Source of the DNA: an uncultured Pseudobdellovibrionaceae bacterium
GTDB lineage: Bacteria; Bdellovibrionota; Bdellovibrionia; Bdellovibrionales; UBA1609
NCBI GenBank assembly: GCA_963803705.1
Contig: CAWDNU010000001.1
Coordinates: 416,001 to 480,000, forward strand
Length of the DNA stretch: 64,000 nt
Direction of reading: 5' to 3'
The notes under the pieces are model-generated. The model was not told where the DNA came from and did no database searches. It was given only the letters and a program-made list of their open reading frames with translations. This document shows positions 51,152 to 60,170 of this stretch, in pieces. A program made the position numbers and the translations under genes. The stretch's first letter is position 1. Every line of letters starts with the position of its first letter.

Positions 51152-51329
51152 AATTTGTAAGATATGTTTTTTAAATTTAATTGTATCATTTATGTATTAA
51201 AAAACTCAAACAAACCTTGTCATTTGCCTTGCATACGCAAGGCTTCATGCCAACGAACTCGTTTTTAATACATAGATGATACAATTAAATTTAAAAAACA
51301 TATCTTACAAATTCTATTCGACGGTTACG
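51136..51329. repeat. Long hairpin element copy B: 68-bp arms (1 mismatch), 58-nt core
   Basis: Arms 51136-51203 / 51262-51329; core ACTCAAACA...GAACTCG. Confidence 0.92.
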
Positions 51330-51342
51330 ATTGGTCTTTATT

Positions 51343-52701
51343 TTAAATATTTAGCCATTGGAAAAAGCTCTTTTTGGCGACGGCAAGTTGGGTGTCTTTT
51401 CTTAAGCGCTTTAGGTCAGCCTTTTTGATTTTCTTTGGCTTTACTTTCGCCAGTGACTCTTCGCTTAATTTTGGTAATAAACTAAAATTTATATTCATAG
51501 GTTGATAATTTTCTTTTTCTTCGCGAAGAAAATTATACAATGATCCAAAGGCAGACGCACGAGGTGGCGAAGAAAACGTTTGGTCGCTTAGTTTTTGATG
51601 AATAAATTTCGCAACTAAAAGTCCAATGCAAGTTGAATCAAAATATCCTTCTACACCAGTGATTTGTCCTGCAAAAAATAAGTTGGAATTTTTTTTAGAA
51701 GATAGATCATCGTTCAGTAACTTTGGCGAATTGATATACATATTTCTATGAATGCTGCCAAGTTTAACAAATTCTGCATTTTCAAGTCCTGGGATCATTG
51801 AAAAAATTCTTTTTTGTTCTGGGTAAGCCATTTTAGTCTGAAAGCCAACCATATTGTAAGCAGTGCCTTCCCTATTATCTTGTCGTAATTGTACTACGGC
51901 GTAGCATCCGTGATTTGTATGGGGGTTTCTTAGGCCTTTATAACTTAGGGGACCAAACCTTAATGTGTTATCACCACGCTCGACGATCTCTTCTATAGGC
52001 ATACAATTTTCAAAGTAAGGGGTGTTTTTTTCAAATTCTTTGGGCTCAATCTTTCGCGCTTGTTTTATTTCATCAATAAGCTTCAAGTACTGTTCGCTGT
52101 CCAAAGGGCAGTTTATATAATCACCACCTTTTTCGCCGTCACCCCACCGATCGGCCTTCCAGCATATGTCCATGTTAACGCTATCTGTAGCTATTATTGG
52201 TGCAATAGCATCAAAGAAATAAAGTGAATTCAAACCGAAATGTTTTTGCAAATTTTTAGCTAAATCTGATTCAGTAAGTGGGCCAGTGCATACAACAGTA
52301 ATATCTTTCATATCCTCGATATCTGTTACAATTTGATCGATACATTCAATGTTTGGGTGTGAAGTCATAATTTTAGTTAACTGCTTGGAAAATTTTTCTC
52401 GGTCTACGCTTAACGACATTCCAGCTGGGACGGCGTAATCTTTAGCTATTTTTAGAATAATAGATCCAGCCTGTTCAGCTTCCCACTTAAGCTGGCCTGA
52501 AGCCGAATAGTTGGTTTGACTGCCAAAAGAGTTTGAACAAACAAGCTCGCCGAAGTCGGCGCTCTTGTGCGCAGGAGTAAGCTTGATTTTGCGCATTTCA
52601 AATAGCTTAACCTTGTAGCCTTGCTCGGCTAACTGGTAAGCGCATTCAGAGCCAGCTAAGCCTGCGCCAACAACATTTATAATAGGTTTTAAATGACTCA
52701 T
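51343..52701 (-). CDS. trmFO: tRNA m5U54 methyltransferase TrmFO
   Basis: GAGLAGSECA, ELVCSNS, FFDAIAP, NMVGFQT, AGQITGVEGY. Confidence 0.96.
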   Translation of the reverse strand: MSHLKPIINVVGAGLAGSECAYQLAEQGYKVKLFEMRKIKLTPAHKSADFGELVCSNSFGSQTNYSASGQLKWEAEQAGSIILKIAKDYAVPAGMSLSVDREKFSKQLTKIMTSHPNIECIDQIVTDIEDMKDITVVCTGPLTESDLAKNLQKHFGLNSLYFFDAIAPIIATDSVNMDICWKADRWGDGEKGGDYINCPLDSEQYLKLIDEIKQARKIEPKEFEKNTPYFENCMPIEEIVERGDNTLRFGPLSYKGLRNPHTNHGCYAVVQLRQDNREGTAYNMVGFQTKMAYPEQKRIFSMIPGLENAEFVKLGSIHRNMYINSPKLLNDDLSSKKNSNLFFAGQITGVEGYFDSTCIGLLVAKFIHQKLSDQTFSSPPRASAFGSLYNFLREEKENYQPMNINFSLLPKLSEESLAKVKPKKIKKADLKRLRKDTQLAVAKKSFFQWLNI

Positions 52702-52804
52702 CTGGCCTCATATCTATGTGAATAAACGAACCTATTCAAGCTTGTATAGATCTTTTTGTTAAAGACTTTGACAAGGGCCACCCTAACCCTGTTTTAATCT
52801 AAGT

Positions 52805-53191
52805 GTGAAAAAAAAACCTAAACTAAGCACTGCAACAGAGGTGTTGCAAAGCTTGCTCACTAAAAGCTCGATGCCAATATCTAATGAATATAATCGTTGG
52901 CGAGTGATTCAAAATTGGTCGGAAATCATCGGTCCACAATTAGCATCTAGAACCTTCCCTATAAAATATTTCAAAGGCCACCTTTACATATGGGCCTCAT
53001 CATCATCGGGTCTTCAGCAGTTTTATTTTATATCAGATATCATTCAAAAAAAAATTAACGACTACATGGATAAGAATTGGGTTCACAAAATAACCTGGAC
53101 CCAGAACAAAGGTTTGCTGGATAAAATATCTGATCAAGATAAAAAAGTTTTGGACGGGTTAATTAAAGGCAGTGAATCTAAACGTCCCTAA
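52805..53191 (+). CDS. DciA/DUF721 family protein
   Basis: NWSEIIGPQLASRTFP...GHLYI. Confidence 0.75.
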   Translation: MKKKPKLSTATEVLQSLLTKSSMPISNEYNRWRVIQNWSEIIGPQLASRTFPIKYFKGHLYIWASSSSGLQQFYFISDIIQKKINDYMDKNWVHKITWTQNKGLLDKISDQDKKVLDGLIKGSESKRP

Positions 53192-53361
53192 ATTACTTCC
53201 AGAAGCAGTTCTTTGCCTTAAGTTTGCAACCGCCAACAGACCAAACAACAGACTAAAAAACAGTCGGGTTTCATATCCTGAACTGCATTCCGCAGGATTC
53301 AACGCCTTGAACTGTTTTCAGCTCGTTTGCTGTCTAGCTTCGCTGGCGCTTTTCATTATTT

Positions 53362-54147
53362 TTACTTTTGCTTGTTTTCTTTTGCTTGGATGCTTCGTCT
53401 CATTAGAGATTTGATGTAGCTGTCGTCTTTTTCTTCGCCTAGAAATCTCATAACTTTGGTGTGTAAAGTTGGATCGTAGATAAGTTGGCCTAAAGTTCCC
53501 TTGCGATCGTTTATAGCATCAAGAGATTGATTTAGCCTATCAAGAGTGGGTTTGATTTGAGCTTGAGATTTTATTTGTTTTGCAGCACCTGCAATATTTT
53601 CTATGGCTTTGTCAGCGTTTCTTCCCATACGTTCAAAATCAGCTCCGTTGGAAAACTGTGTGATAATAGTGTCGATTTTTTTAAGTGTTAGACTAACCTG
53701 TTCAAAGTCAGAAAGCTTATTACTAATTTGGTCCATTAAGTCAGGGGTATCATCAGCTTTGATCACTGATTCATTCGCCAAGGGTTTGCCGCCCTCGCCT
53801 TGAGAGATAAATATATACTTATCCCCAAGCGCACCTTGGGTCTTCATGGAAACCAAACTCTTATCGGTAATTAGGTTTTCATAACCTTTGTTAACTCTGA
53901 CTTCAATTTTGATCTTACTTTTTTTGTTATCAAAGGAAATATCTGAAACGTGACCAACATCAATTCCAGAAAAGGACACAATAGATCCGAACATAATACC
54001 CTGTGAATTATTCACATACGAATAATAGGTATTTTTTCTTCTAAATAAAGATTCATCACTAGTTAAGGCTGTAAATGCGATAATAAATAGTGCAAAACCA
54101 ATTATCACAAAGGCGCCCGACCATAGTTTTTCTTTATTTTGTTCCAT
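53362..54147 (-). CDS. mlaD: MlaD/MCE family protein
   Basis: N-terminal TM, GIDVGHV, QGALGDKYI. Confidence 0.88.
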   Translation of the reverse strand: MEQNKEKLWSGAFVIIGFALFIIAFTALTSDESLFRRKNTYYSYVNNSQGIMFGSIVSFSGIDVGHVSDISFDNKKSKIKIEVRVNKGYENLITDKSLVSMKTQGALGDKYIFISQGEGGKPLANESVIKADDTPDLMDQISNKLSDFEQVSLTLKKIDTIITQFSNGADFERMGRNADKAIENIAGAAKQIKSQAQIKPTLDRLNQSLDAINDRKGTLGQLIYDPTLHTKVMRFLGEEKDDSYIKSLMRRSIQAKENKQK

Positions 54148-54161
54148 AAGCTAATCCTTTT

Positions 54162-54899
54162 TTATAATTTAAGTGTACCATCCATAAATTTTCTTAAACT
54201 GCTATTAGAGCTTTCTATATCATCGGGCAAAGCCTCTTCCGCGATGCGACCATCTTTTATTAGTAAAATACGATCGCAAACAGCCAATGCTGTAGGCATA
54301 TCATGGGATACAAAAACAGAAGTAAATCCTAAGTCTTTCATCTTCATAATAGTTTTTTGAATATTTAAAGTATTAAACGGATCTAGCCCGGCCGTTGGTT
54401 CATCAAACAAAATTATTTCAGGCGAAAAGATAATACTTCTAAGTAGGCCAACGCGCTTTTGCATACCTCCAGATAATTCTGCAGGAAATAGCTCTTCAGT
54501 ATTTTCAAGTCCAATATCTTTTAAAAGTTTGGCAATTTTTGCTGTAATCTGTTCTTCAGAAAAGTTAAAGTGTTCCCTTAAGGGGTAAGCCAAGTTTTCT
54601 TTAACTGTTAAAGAATCAAACAGAGCACCGTTTTGGAACACATATGAAATTTTTTTTCGAACTTCAGCCCATTGGTCTTCGTCGTAATCTTGTATTTGAG
54701 TGCCGTTGAAGATAATCTGACCTTCATCTAATTTTTCAAGTCCAATTAGAGCCCTTAAAATTACGCTTTTTCCCGTTCCAGATCCACCTAGAAGTCCTAA
54801 GCATTCTCCCTTCAGAAGTCTAAAATTGATATCGTTATGCACAGCTTTGCCGCTAAAACTTTTCTTTAAATTTTTTACTTCAAGTATTACATCTTTCAT
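54162..54899 (-). CDS. mlaF: MlaF ABC ATPase
   Basis: GGSGTGKS, FQNGALFDSL, ELSGGMQKRV, DEPTAGLDP. Confidence 0.93.
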   Translation of the reverse strand: MKDVILEVKNLKKSFSGKAVHNDINFRLLKGECLGLLGGSGTGKSVILRALIGLEKLDEGQIIFNGTQIQDYDEDQWAEVRKKISYVFQNGALFDSLTVKENLAYPLREHFNFSEEQITAKIAKLLKDIGLENTEELFPAELSGGMQKRVGLLRSIIFSPEIILFDEPTAGLDPFNTLNIQKTIMKMKDLGFTSVFVSHDMPTALAVCDRILLIKDGRIAEEALPDDIESSNSSLRKFMDGTLKL

Positions 54900-54914
54900 A
54901 AATCACACAGGCAG

Positions 54915-55684
54915 TTAGGCGTAGGGATAGATCATCCAGTAAATTTTAGTCATAAAATAATCGCTGATAAAAATTAAAATTGAACCAGTTACAACTGACA
55001 TCGTAGTGGCTTTTCCAACACCTTTAGTGCCTTCAGTAACATTCATTCCAAAATAACACGCAGGCAATGCAACACAAAGAGCAAAACCAAAAGGTTTTAG
55101 AAAGCCCGAGATAAATTCCCACGGGGTGATAGTAGTTACTATTCTTTGATAGGTAAATAGCCAAGGAAGACCCAGTTCGACGTTGGCTATTACAGAGGTC
55201 GCAAGAAGTGCTAAAAAAGAAGTCAGCAGAGTCAAGATAGGAAAAGAGATTAGACAAGCCATAATTCTGGGTAAATAGATCTTTTGATAAGGTGAAGCCC
55301 CTAAAGCCCTTATAGCGTCTATTTGTTGGGTGACTTTCATAGAGCCGATCTCAGAAGCTACACCAGCGCCAACTCTTGCTGCACACATCAAAGCTGTGAA
55401 CACAGGGGAGAGCTCTAAAAATATAGCTAATGACATAACTTTTGGTACATAAGGCTTACCACCGTACTTTTCTAGGCCTAATCCAAATTGTAAAGTCATT
55501 ACAAAGCCAGAGCTAAGTGCAGTTATCGCAATCAACGGAATTGAACATATGCCTAAGTTGTAAATCTGGGTGTAAACATCTTTAGCTTTTGGTCTTTTTT
55601 TTTTAACTCGCGAATGGATTGCGCAAATACCTCGGCCAGTCCTCCCATCGTTGCCAAAGAAGTCTTAACTATTGGAACTACCAT
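54915..55684 (-). CDS. mlaE: MlaE permease, frameshifted at an A10 tract (55595-55604)
   Basis: ARVGAGVASEIGSMKVTQQIDAIRALG; N-terminal part from ATG 55684 is out of frame at the homopolymer. Confidence 0.85.
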
Positions 55685-56163
55685 GCTTTAAAGCCTGTCA
55701 AAAACTTATCATAGACAGATAAATCTTTTTCAAAATTTGAAGGCTGGGCGGTTAAGACCAGTATATACTGGCAAGAGTTTTTGATAAAACTAGTAACGGC
55801 TAGCTTATTTTCGAAACCTTCTAGAGTTGCATCTATCTTGCCCCTTAAGGCCTTACGATTATTAAACTTAAAGCGAATTGGATCACTGGTTTCGCTTGCT
55901 TTAAAATTAGAAGCTAATTCCATAAACCAATTTTCAAGATCAAGCTCTATGCTTTTAATGCATTTGGATTTAACGGATATAGTTGAACTGGTAGAGCTTG
56001 ACAGCCAAGCGTGATCCACAGATTCATTTTTGATTCTATAAAAATCATTACTAGGATATTCGTATGAGTATCTAGTGGATTTCTTGGCAGTTTGATCTCC
56101 GATCTTTACAGACACACAGCCAGACACAAAGTAGAGAAATACTAAAGCAATCAATTTATCCAT
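55678..56163 (-). CDS. Hypothetical lipoprotein in the mla operon
   Basis: VSGC lipobox; stop overlaps the mlaE start. Confidence 0.75.
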   Translation of the reverse strand: MDKLIALVFLYFVSGCVSVKIGDQTAKKSTRYSYEYPSNDFYRIKNESVDHAWLSSSTSSTISVKSKCIKSIELDLENWFMELASNFKASETSDPIRFKFNNRKALRGKIDATLEGFENKLAVTSFIKNSCQYILVLTAQPSNFEKDLSVYDKFLTGFKAW

Positions 56164-56321
56164 AGAAGTCTATCATACTGACACAGGTTCGAATGACTCA
56201 CAATAAAAACTCTTCTAAGTCTTTAAGTTAAGCTACCCGTAAGTGGCTTGTGTAGAAAGCCACACATCTAGAATTTTCGAAACCACCCGTGCCACAGTTT
56301 CACAGATCGGCATTCTGAAGT

Positions 56322-56356
56322 AAAAAAAAAGGCCAGCACTTGAGGCCAGCCTTTTT
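56322..56356 (-). terminator. Rho-independent terminator of hup
   Basis: Minus strand AGGCTGGC-loop-GCTGGCCT followed by a U-run (G-U pairs in stem). Confidence 0.75.
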
Positions 56357-56379
56357 ATTTATATAAATTTAAGAACTAA

Positions 56380-56655
56380 CTATTTTTTTAGCATAGATTT
56401 AAATTCGCTACCTGGGCGAAATTTTGGATACCAAGCCGCAGGAATTTTAATTGCTTTTCCTGTTTGTGGGTTTCTTCCTGTTCTAGCTTTTCTTTTTGAT
56501 TTTGTGAAAGTTCCAAAACCAACTAATTTAACTTCGTCACCTTTTTTAACTGAAGTTCTTACAGTGTGTATGAAAGCATCAAGTACTCTCTCAGTGTCAG
56601 CTTTTGTAAGTTCTACTTCTTTAGACAACTTTTCAATTAATTCTGCTTTATTCAT
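56380..56655 (-). CDS. hup: HU DNA-binding protein
   Basis: MNKAELI, GFGTF, RTGRNPQTG. Confidence 0.96.
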   Translation of the reverse strand: MNKAELIEKLSKEVELTKADTERVLDAFIHTVRTSVKKGDEVKLVGFGTFTKSKRKARTGRNPQTGKAIKIPAAWYPKFRPGSEFKSMLKK

Positions 56656-56773
56656 TTATATTCCCCCATGGAGTGATCATTTGTTGTTGTACATTTACAA
56701 TTGAAACTGCATTTCAAATCTGGGTCAATACTTTTTTAAAAGAAAATTTTAGTGGTCTAAGTTTTCAAGATGA

Positions 56774-56820
56774 AAAAGCTTACTGGTGGCAAGTTTAGTG
56801 CTTGATACCAGTAAGCTTTT
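56774..56820 (-). terminator. Terminator hairpin
   Basis: AAAAGCTTACTGGT...ACCAGTAAGCTTTT downstream of the 56844-57578 gene. Confidence 0.75.
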
Positions 56821-56843
56821 ATATGATTTTCAGTTTATTAAAA

Positions 56844-57578
56844 TCAGTTTTGTAAAATGAAAAAATCAGACTTGCCAATGGAACCGTTTTTGTAAAAGAC
56901 CTCAGCACGCAGCCTTTCAGAGTTTTTGTTGCCTTGATAAATGTTAACTCTAAATTGTGAGCCGTAATTAGGTTCAAAGTAGATTACGGTCTTATCAGAT
57001 TCCCTGCAGTCAATCTCGGCACTTGGTAAACTGATGCGTTGCACGTCATAGCACTGACCTTGCAGGCCATCGGGGCATCCAGACATAGTGGCATCAACAA
57101 CTAAATGTGCCCTATCTGAACTATTTCTTGGAAAGATAATCCACAGTTTAAAAAAATCATCCCAATTACTACAGTTAGAAACTCCTCTGGACCAGCTATA
57201 AGCGTATTCCCAGCGACCAGTATTTTGGTTGAACTGCCATTTGAATCCGTCACCATTGTTCGTGCAGAAAGTTGCAAAATCACCAAGAAAGCTTCGATAA
57301 ATACCTTGAGGACCGCTATTTCGGTCTAACCTAAATTCACCTAAGTAGATATGTCTTTGAGCAGAGTCTAAAGCACCTGAAATGGGTGTATAAGAATCAC
57401 ATGACTTGCCTGAACCACTGGTACCTCCGCCGTTTCCTGGGCGTCCCCCGTTGTATCCATTGTTGTTACCATTGTTGCTATTACCTGAATCGGATTCTGA
57501 ACAGCCGAAAGCAAAACAGATTAGTAAAGCTGTAAATACTTTTCGTATATAAAGTGTGTTTTCCATGTCATCCCCCAC
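56844..57578 (-). CDS. Hypothetical Cys-containing lipoprotein with Gly/Asn-rich linker
   Basis: AFGC lipobox; GNSNNGNNNGYNGG linker. Confidence 0.75.
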   Translation of the reverse strand: MGDDMENTLYIRKVFTALLICFAFGCSESDSGNSNNGNNNGYNGGRPGNGGGTSGSGKSCDSYTPISGALDSAQRHIYLGEFRLDRNSGPQGIYRSFLGDFATFCTNNGDGFKWQFNQNTGRWEYAYSWSRGVSNCSNWDDFFKLWIIFPRNSSDRAHLVVDATMSGCPDGLQGQCYDVQRISLPSAEIDCRESDKTVIYFEPNYGSQFRVNIYQGNKNSERLRAEVFYKNGSIGKSDFFILQN

Positions 57579-57639
57579 AACTACTTATTCACTAAATATG
57601 CCACTTTGAGAGCCAAAATAATGACGTTTAACGGTCTAT

Positions 57640-57662
57640 AACTGTCAACAAAGTTGACAGTT
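57640..57662. promoter_or_regulatory. Perfect 10-bp inverted repeat, candidate operator
   Basis: AACTGTCAAC-AAA-GTTGACAGTT upstream of the lipoprotein gene. Confidence 0.4.
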
Positions 57663-58120
57663 GTTGATGGCATATAGCTATCTGGTTTTATAAAACTGTG
57701 AAAATTTTCAGGACATCATCGGGTCTAGGAGTATAAAATTGGTGTAATTACAAAGCGATTCTGTGTTTAGTCATTTCCCAAGGCAAACTGACTACAAAGA
57801 TGTATCCATTTGATACGATCTTGTGTCTTAGATCAAAATCAGAAGGCGCATCAATCAAAGGTGGGGTTTATTTCAAAAGTAAGCGATCAATTAAAACTTG
57901 AGACAATATTTAACTTCTCAAAAGGTGAAATAAGAAATTTAGATGCAATTCTATATTCAAAGTTTCAGAAAGAGGCGTGAAAATAAATATCTTTAATTAC
58001 TTCTATTGGAGAGCGAGCTTTACTGAGCGGCTTTGAGGTAATTAACAGATATCGTTGCGCTCAACAATACCTAGTAGAACGAAAAACTTTTTGATCGATG
58101 ACTTGTGTTTTGTCCTGCGC

Positions 58121-58873
58121 TCAAACAAGCTTATTTTTAAGAGCTTTCAATTCACTACGTGTAAGTCCATTTTCTAAAAGCATGTTGTCTATATCTATAG
58201 ATTCTAAAATTTCATCAAAAATTTGCTGCGTATTTTTACCTTCATTGAACAGAAGCTTTTCTATCAAAATTTTTTGATCGACTTCCTTTTTACTAGCGTA
58301 CAGTTTGGAGAGGTTTTTATGACTCAGACTGTGATCTTTAGCTGACTCTAATGTAGATACATTAGCTAAACATAAAAGTATGAAAGTGATTAGACCAGTT
58401 CTATCTCTGCCAGAGGCGCAGTGGAAAAGAACTGCTCCGGTAGAACAATTTGCTATTTGAGATAAAACAGATGTTGTGATTTCAGGGAACCTCTCTAGAT
58501 GCGCCTTATAATACAATGGAGTTGACCACTTACCAGTTTCTCTCCATTTTTTCCAGAAAGGTGGGTCATGCCCACCATCAAGTGAGATATGCACCGTCTT
58601 GATTCGCTCGGGACGAGGAAACAAATCTCCTTTAATTTCATGTTTAAAGCGGAGGTCGATAACGGTGCGAACACCATAGTCTTCGATATTTGCCCAGTCA
58701 TTTTTTGTGAAAGCTTCAACTGAATCCGACCTGATGATTCTCTTCATTTTAGTGGGTTGTCCGTTTTGGGTTCGAATGCCACCAAGATCACGAACATTAA
58801 CAGATCCTTCAAACGTAAGTTCTCGTATAGAGGTTTTCTCTGAAAGCATAACCCATAATAGGTGTTTGCCCAC
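58121..58873 (-). CDS. Tyrosine-protein phosphatase (Y_phosphatase3 / PtpB-like)
   Basis: NVRDLGG, IDLR, HCASGRDRTG. Confidence 0.92.
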   Translation of the reverse strand: MGKHLLWVMLSEKTSIRELTFEGSVNVRDLGGIRTQNGQPTKMKRIIRSDSVEAFTKNDWANIEDYGVRTVIDLRFKHEIKGDLFPRPERIKTVHISLDGGHDPPFWKKWRETGKWSTPLYYKAHLERFPEITTSVLSQIANCSTGAVLFHCASGRDRTGLITFILLCLANVSTLESAKDHSLSHKNLSKLYASKKEVDQKILIEKLLFNEGKNTQQIFDEILESIDIDNMLLENGLTRSELKALKNKLV

Positions 58874-59196
58874 CTAACTGTCATTAACCCAATGCCATAA
58901 GCGAGTTAACTCATACTTGAGCATATTAGAACTGATTAGCATTTTTTCTCAGGGCCGTAGAATGTCGCTCAAAAAACCTAGCATTTTAAGCAGGGTGCTA
59001 GATTCAGTACTAGATTTCCTATTCAATACCAAAATAAATGGTTATGATGCCGATAGGCTGACAGAATCATTTGGGACTAATTAGATCAATTTATCCCGGG
59101 GTAGAAAGCTTTTAGAAAGCTTGGTTTCAGTGATATCTAATTTAGTTTTCAGAAGAATCTAGCTTCATTGCCCGACTTATGAGATGAAGAATAAAG

Positions 59197-60087
59197 GTGG
59201 TTAAAATGACTGTTTTCAAAATTGAAGGCGCTAAAAACAGTTTTGCTTTAGCTTCATTATTGGACTTGGATTCCACTAAGAACAGTAACCTCAAAAATAT
59301 GAATAAAAATGATCTGGCCCAATGTGCAATTAAGATTTGTCAACATTCAGAGCTAAACGTAGATGGCTGCGTTTTTATATTGCCAAGTAAAAAATTGGAC
59401 TTTGCTTGGGAGTTTTTTAATTCTGATGGTAGCGAAGCTCTGATGTGTGGCAATGCAGCCAGGGCCGTCTCATTGTGGTTTAATACTTTCATCAATGCAA
59501 AAAAAACTATTTCATTTTTCACCCCAGCCCAAAATGTCCGAGCAGAGATAATTGATTCTACGGTTATGGATAAAAACACTGACTTAGATATTCTTGCTAC
59601 TGGTCGTGTAAAAGTTTGGCTGAAAAAAGTAAAATTCGTCGTCAATGAAATGGATTTCAAGATATTTGATTCTGGAGTGCCACACCTGTGCGTGTTCTTG
59701 AATGTCCAAGAACATAAAGATAGAGATTTCGTTGAACTTGGCGTCCAGTTTTTTGAAATAGCCAAAAGCTTACGTTTTCCTAAAAGCTTAGATGCTAAAG
59801 GTACAAATGTTACTTATATTTGGTTAGATTCATCATCTACTCAAAAAAAACCCTTGGTGCGAGCGATGAGTTTTGAAAGAGGAATTGAAAATTGGACTGA
59901 AGCCTGCGGTACTGGTGCAATGGCCGCGGCCTACTGTGTAAAAGAAGAGTTAAATTATCAGTTCCCAATCAATGTTCAAATGCCGGGTGGTTTGCTTGAA
60001 ATTGGTGAGTCAAATTTAGAAGCAGAAGTAACTACCACATTATTGGGCCCTGCACTTATTTCAAAAACGGTGGATATATTGATTTAG
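59197..60087 (+). CDS. dapF: Diaminopimelate epimerase
   Basis: NSDGSEALMCGNAAR, GVPH, ERG..TEACGTG, PGG. Confidence 0.88.
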   Translation: MVKMTVFKIEGAKNSFALASLLDLDSTKNSNLKNMNKNDLAQCAIKICQHSELNVDGCVFILPSKKLDFAWEFFNSDGSEALMCGNAARAVSLWFNTFINAKKTISFFTPAQNVRAEIIDSTVMDKNTDLDILATGRVKVWLKKVKFVVNEMDFKIFDSGVPHLCVFLNVQEHKDRDFVELGVQFFEIAKSLRFPKSLDAKGTNVTYIWLDSSSTQKKPLVRAMSFERGIENWTEACGTGAMAAAYCVKEELNYQFPINVQMPGGLLEIGESNLEAEVTTTLLGPALISKTVDILI

Positions 60088-60170
60088 GGGACAGGACAGT
60101 TTAACGCTTGAAAACTTATTGTTTTTTAGGCCATTAAGCTAGTGAAGTTACAAATAAAAGGAGCAACAAA

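Noticed and set aside
51182..51283. Mini-Tn7 with TGT...ACA ends at attTn7
   Set aside because: No 5-bp direct duplication or TnsB-site repeats; the inverted symmetry extends on into glmS
57597..57618. Sigma54 promoter on the minus strand (TTGGC...GGCA)
   Set aside because: GG-to-GC spacing is 11 rather than the required 10
57800..57980. Short open frame of about 50 codons in the large intergenic gap
   Set aside because: No clear start, RBS or recognisable motif
58119..58130. GCTCAAACAAGC, identical to the start of core C
   Set aside because: It is the coding end (KLV*) of the phosphatase gene; no GAACTCG partner and no flanking inverted repeat
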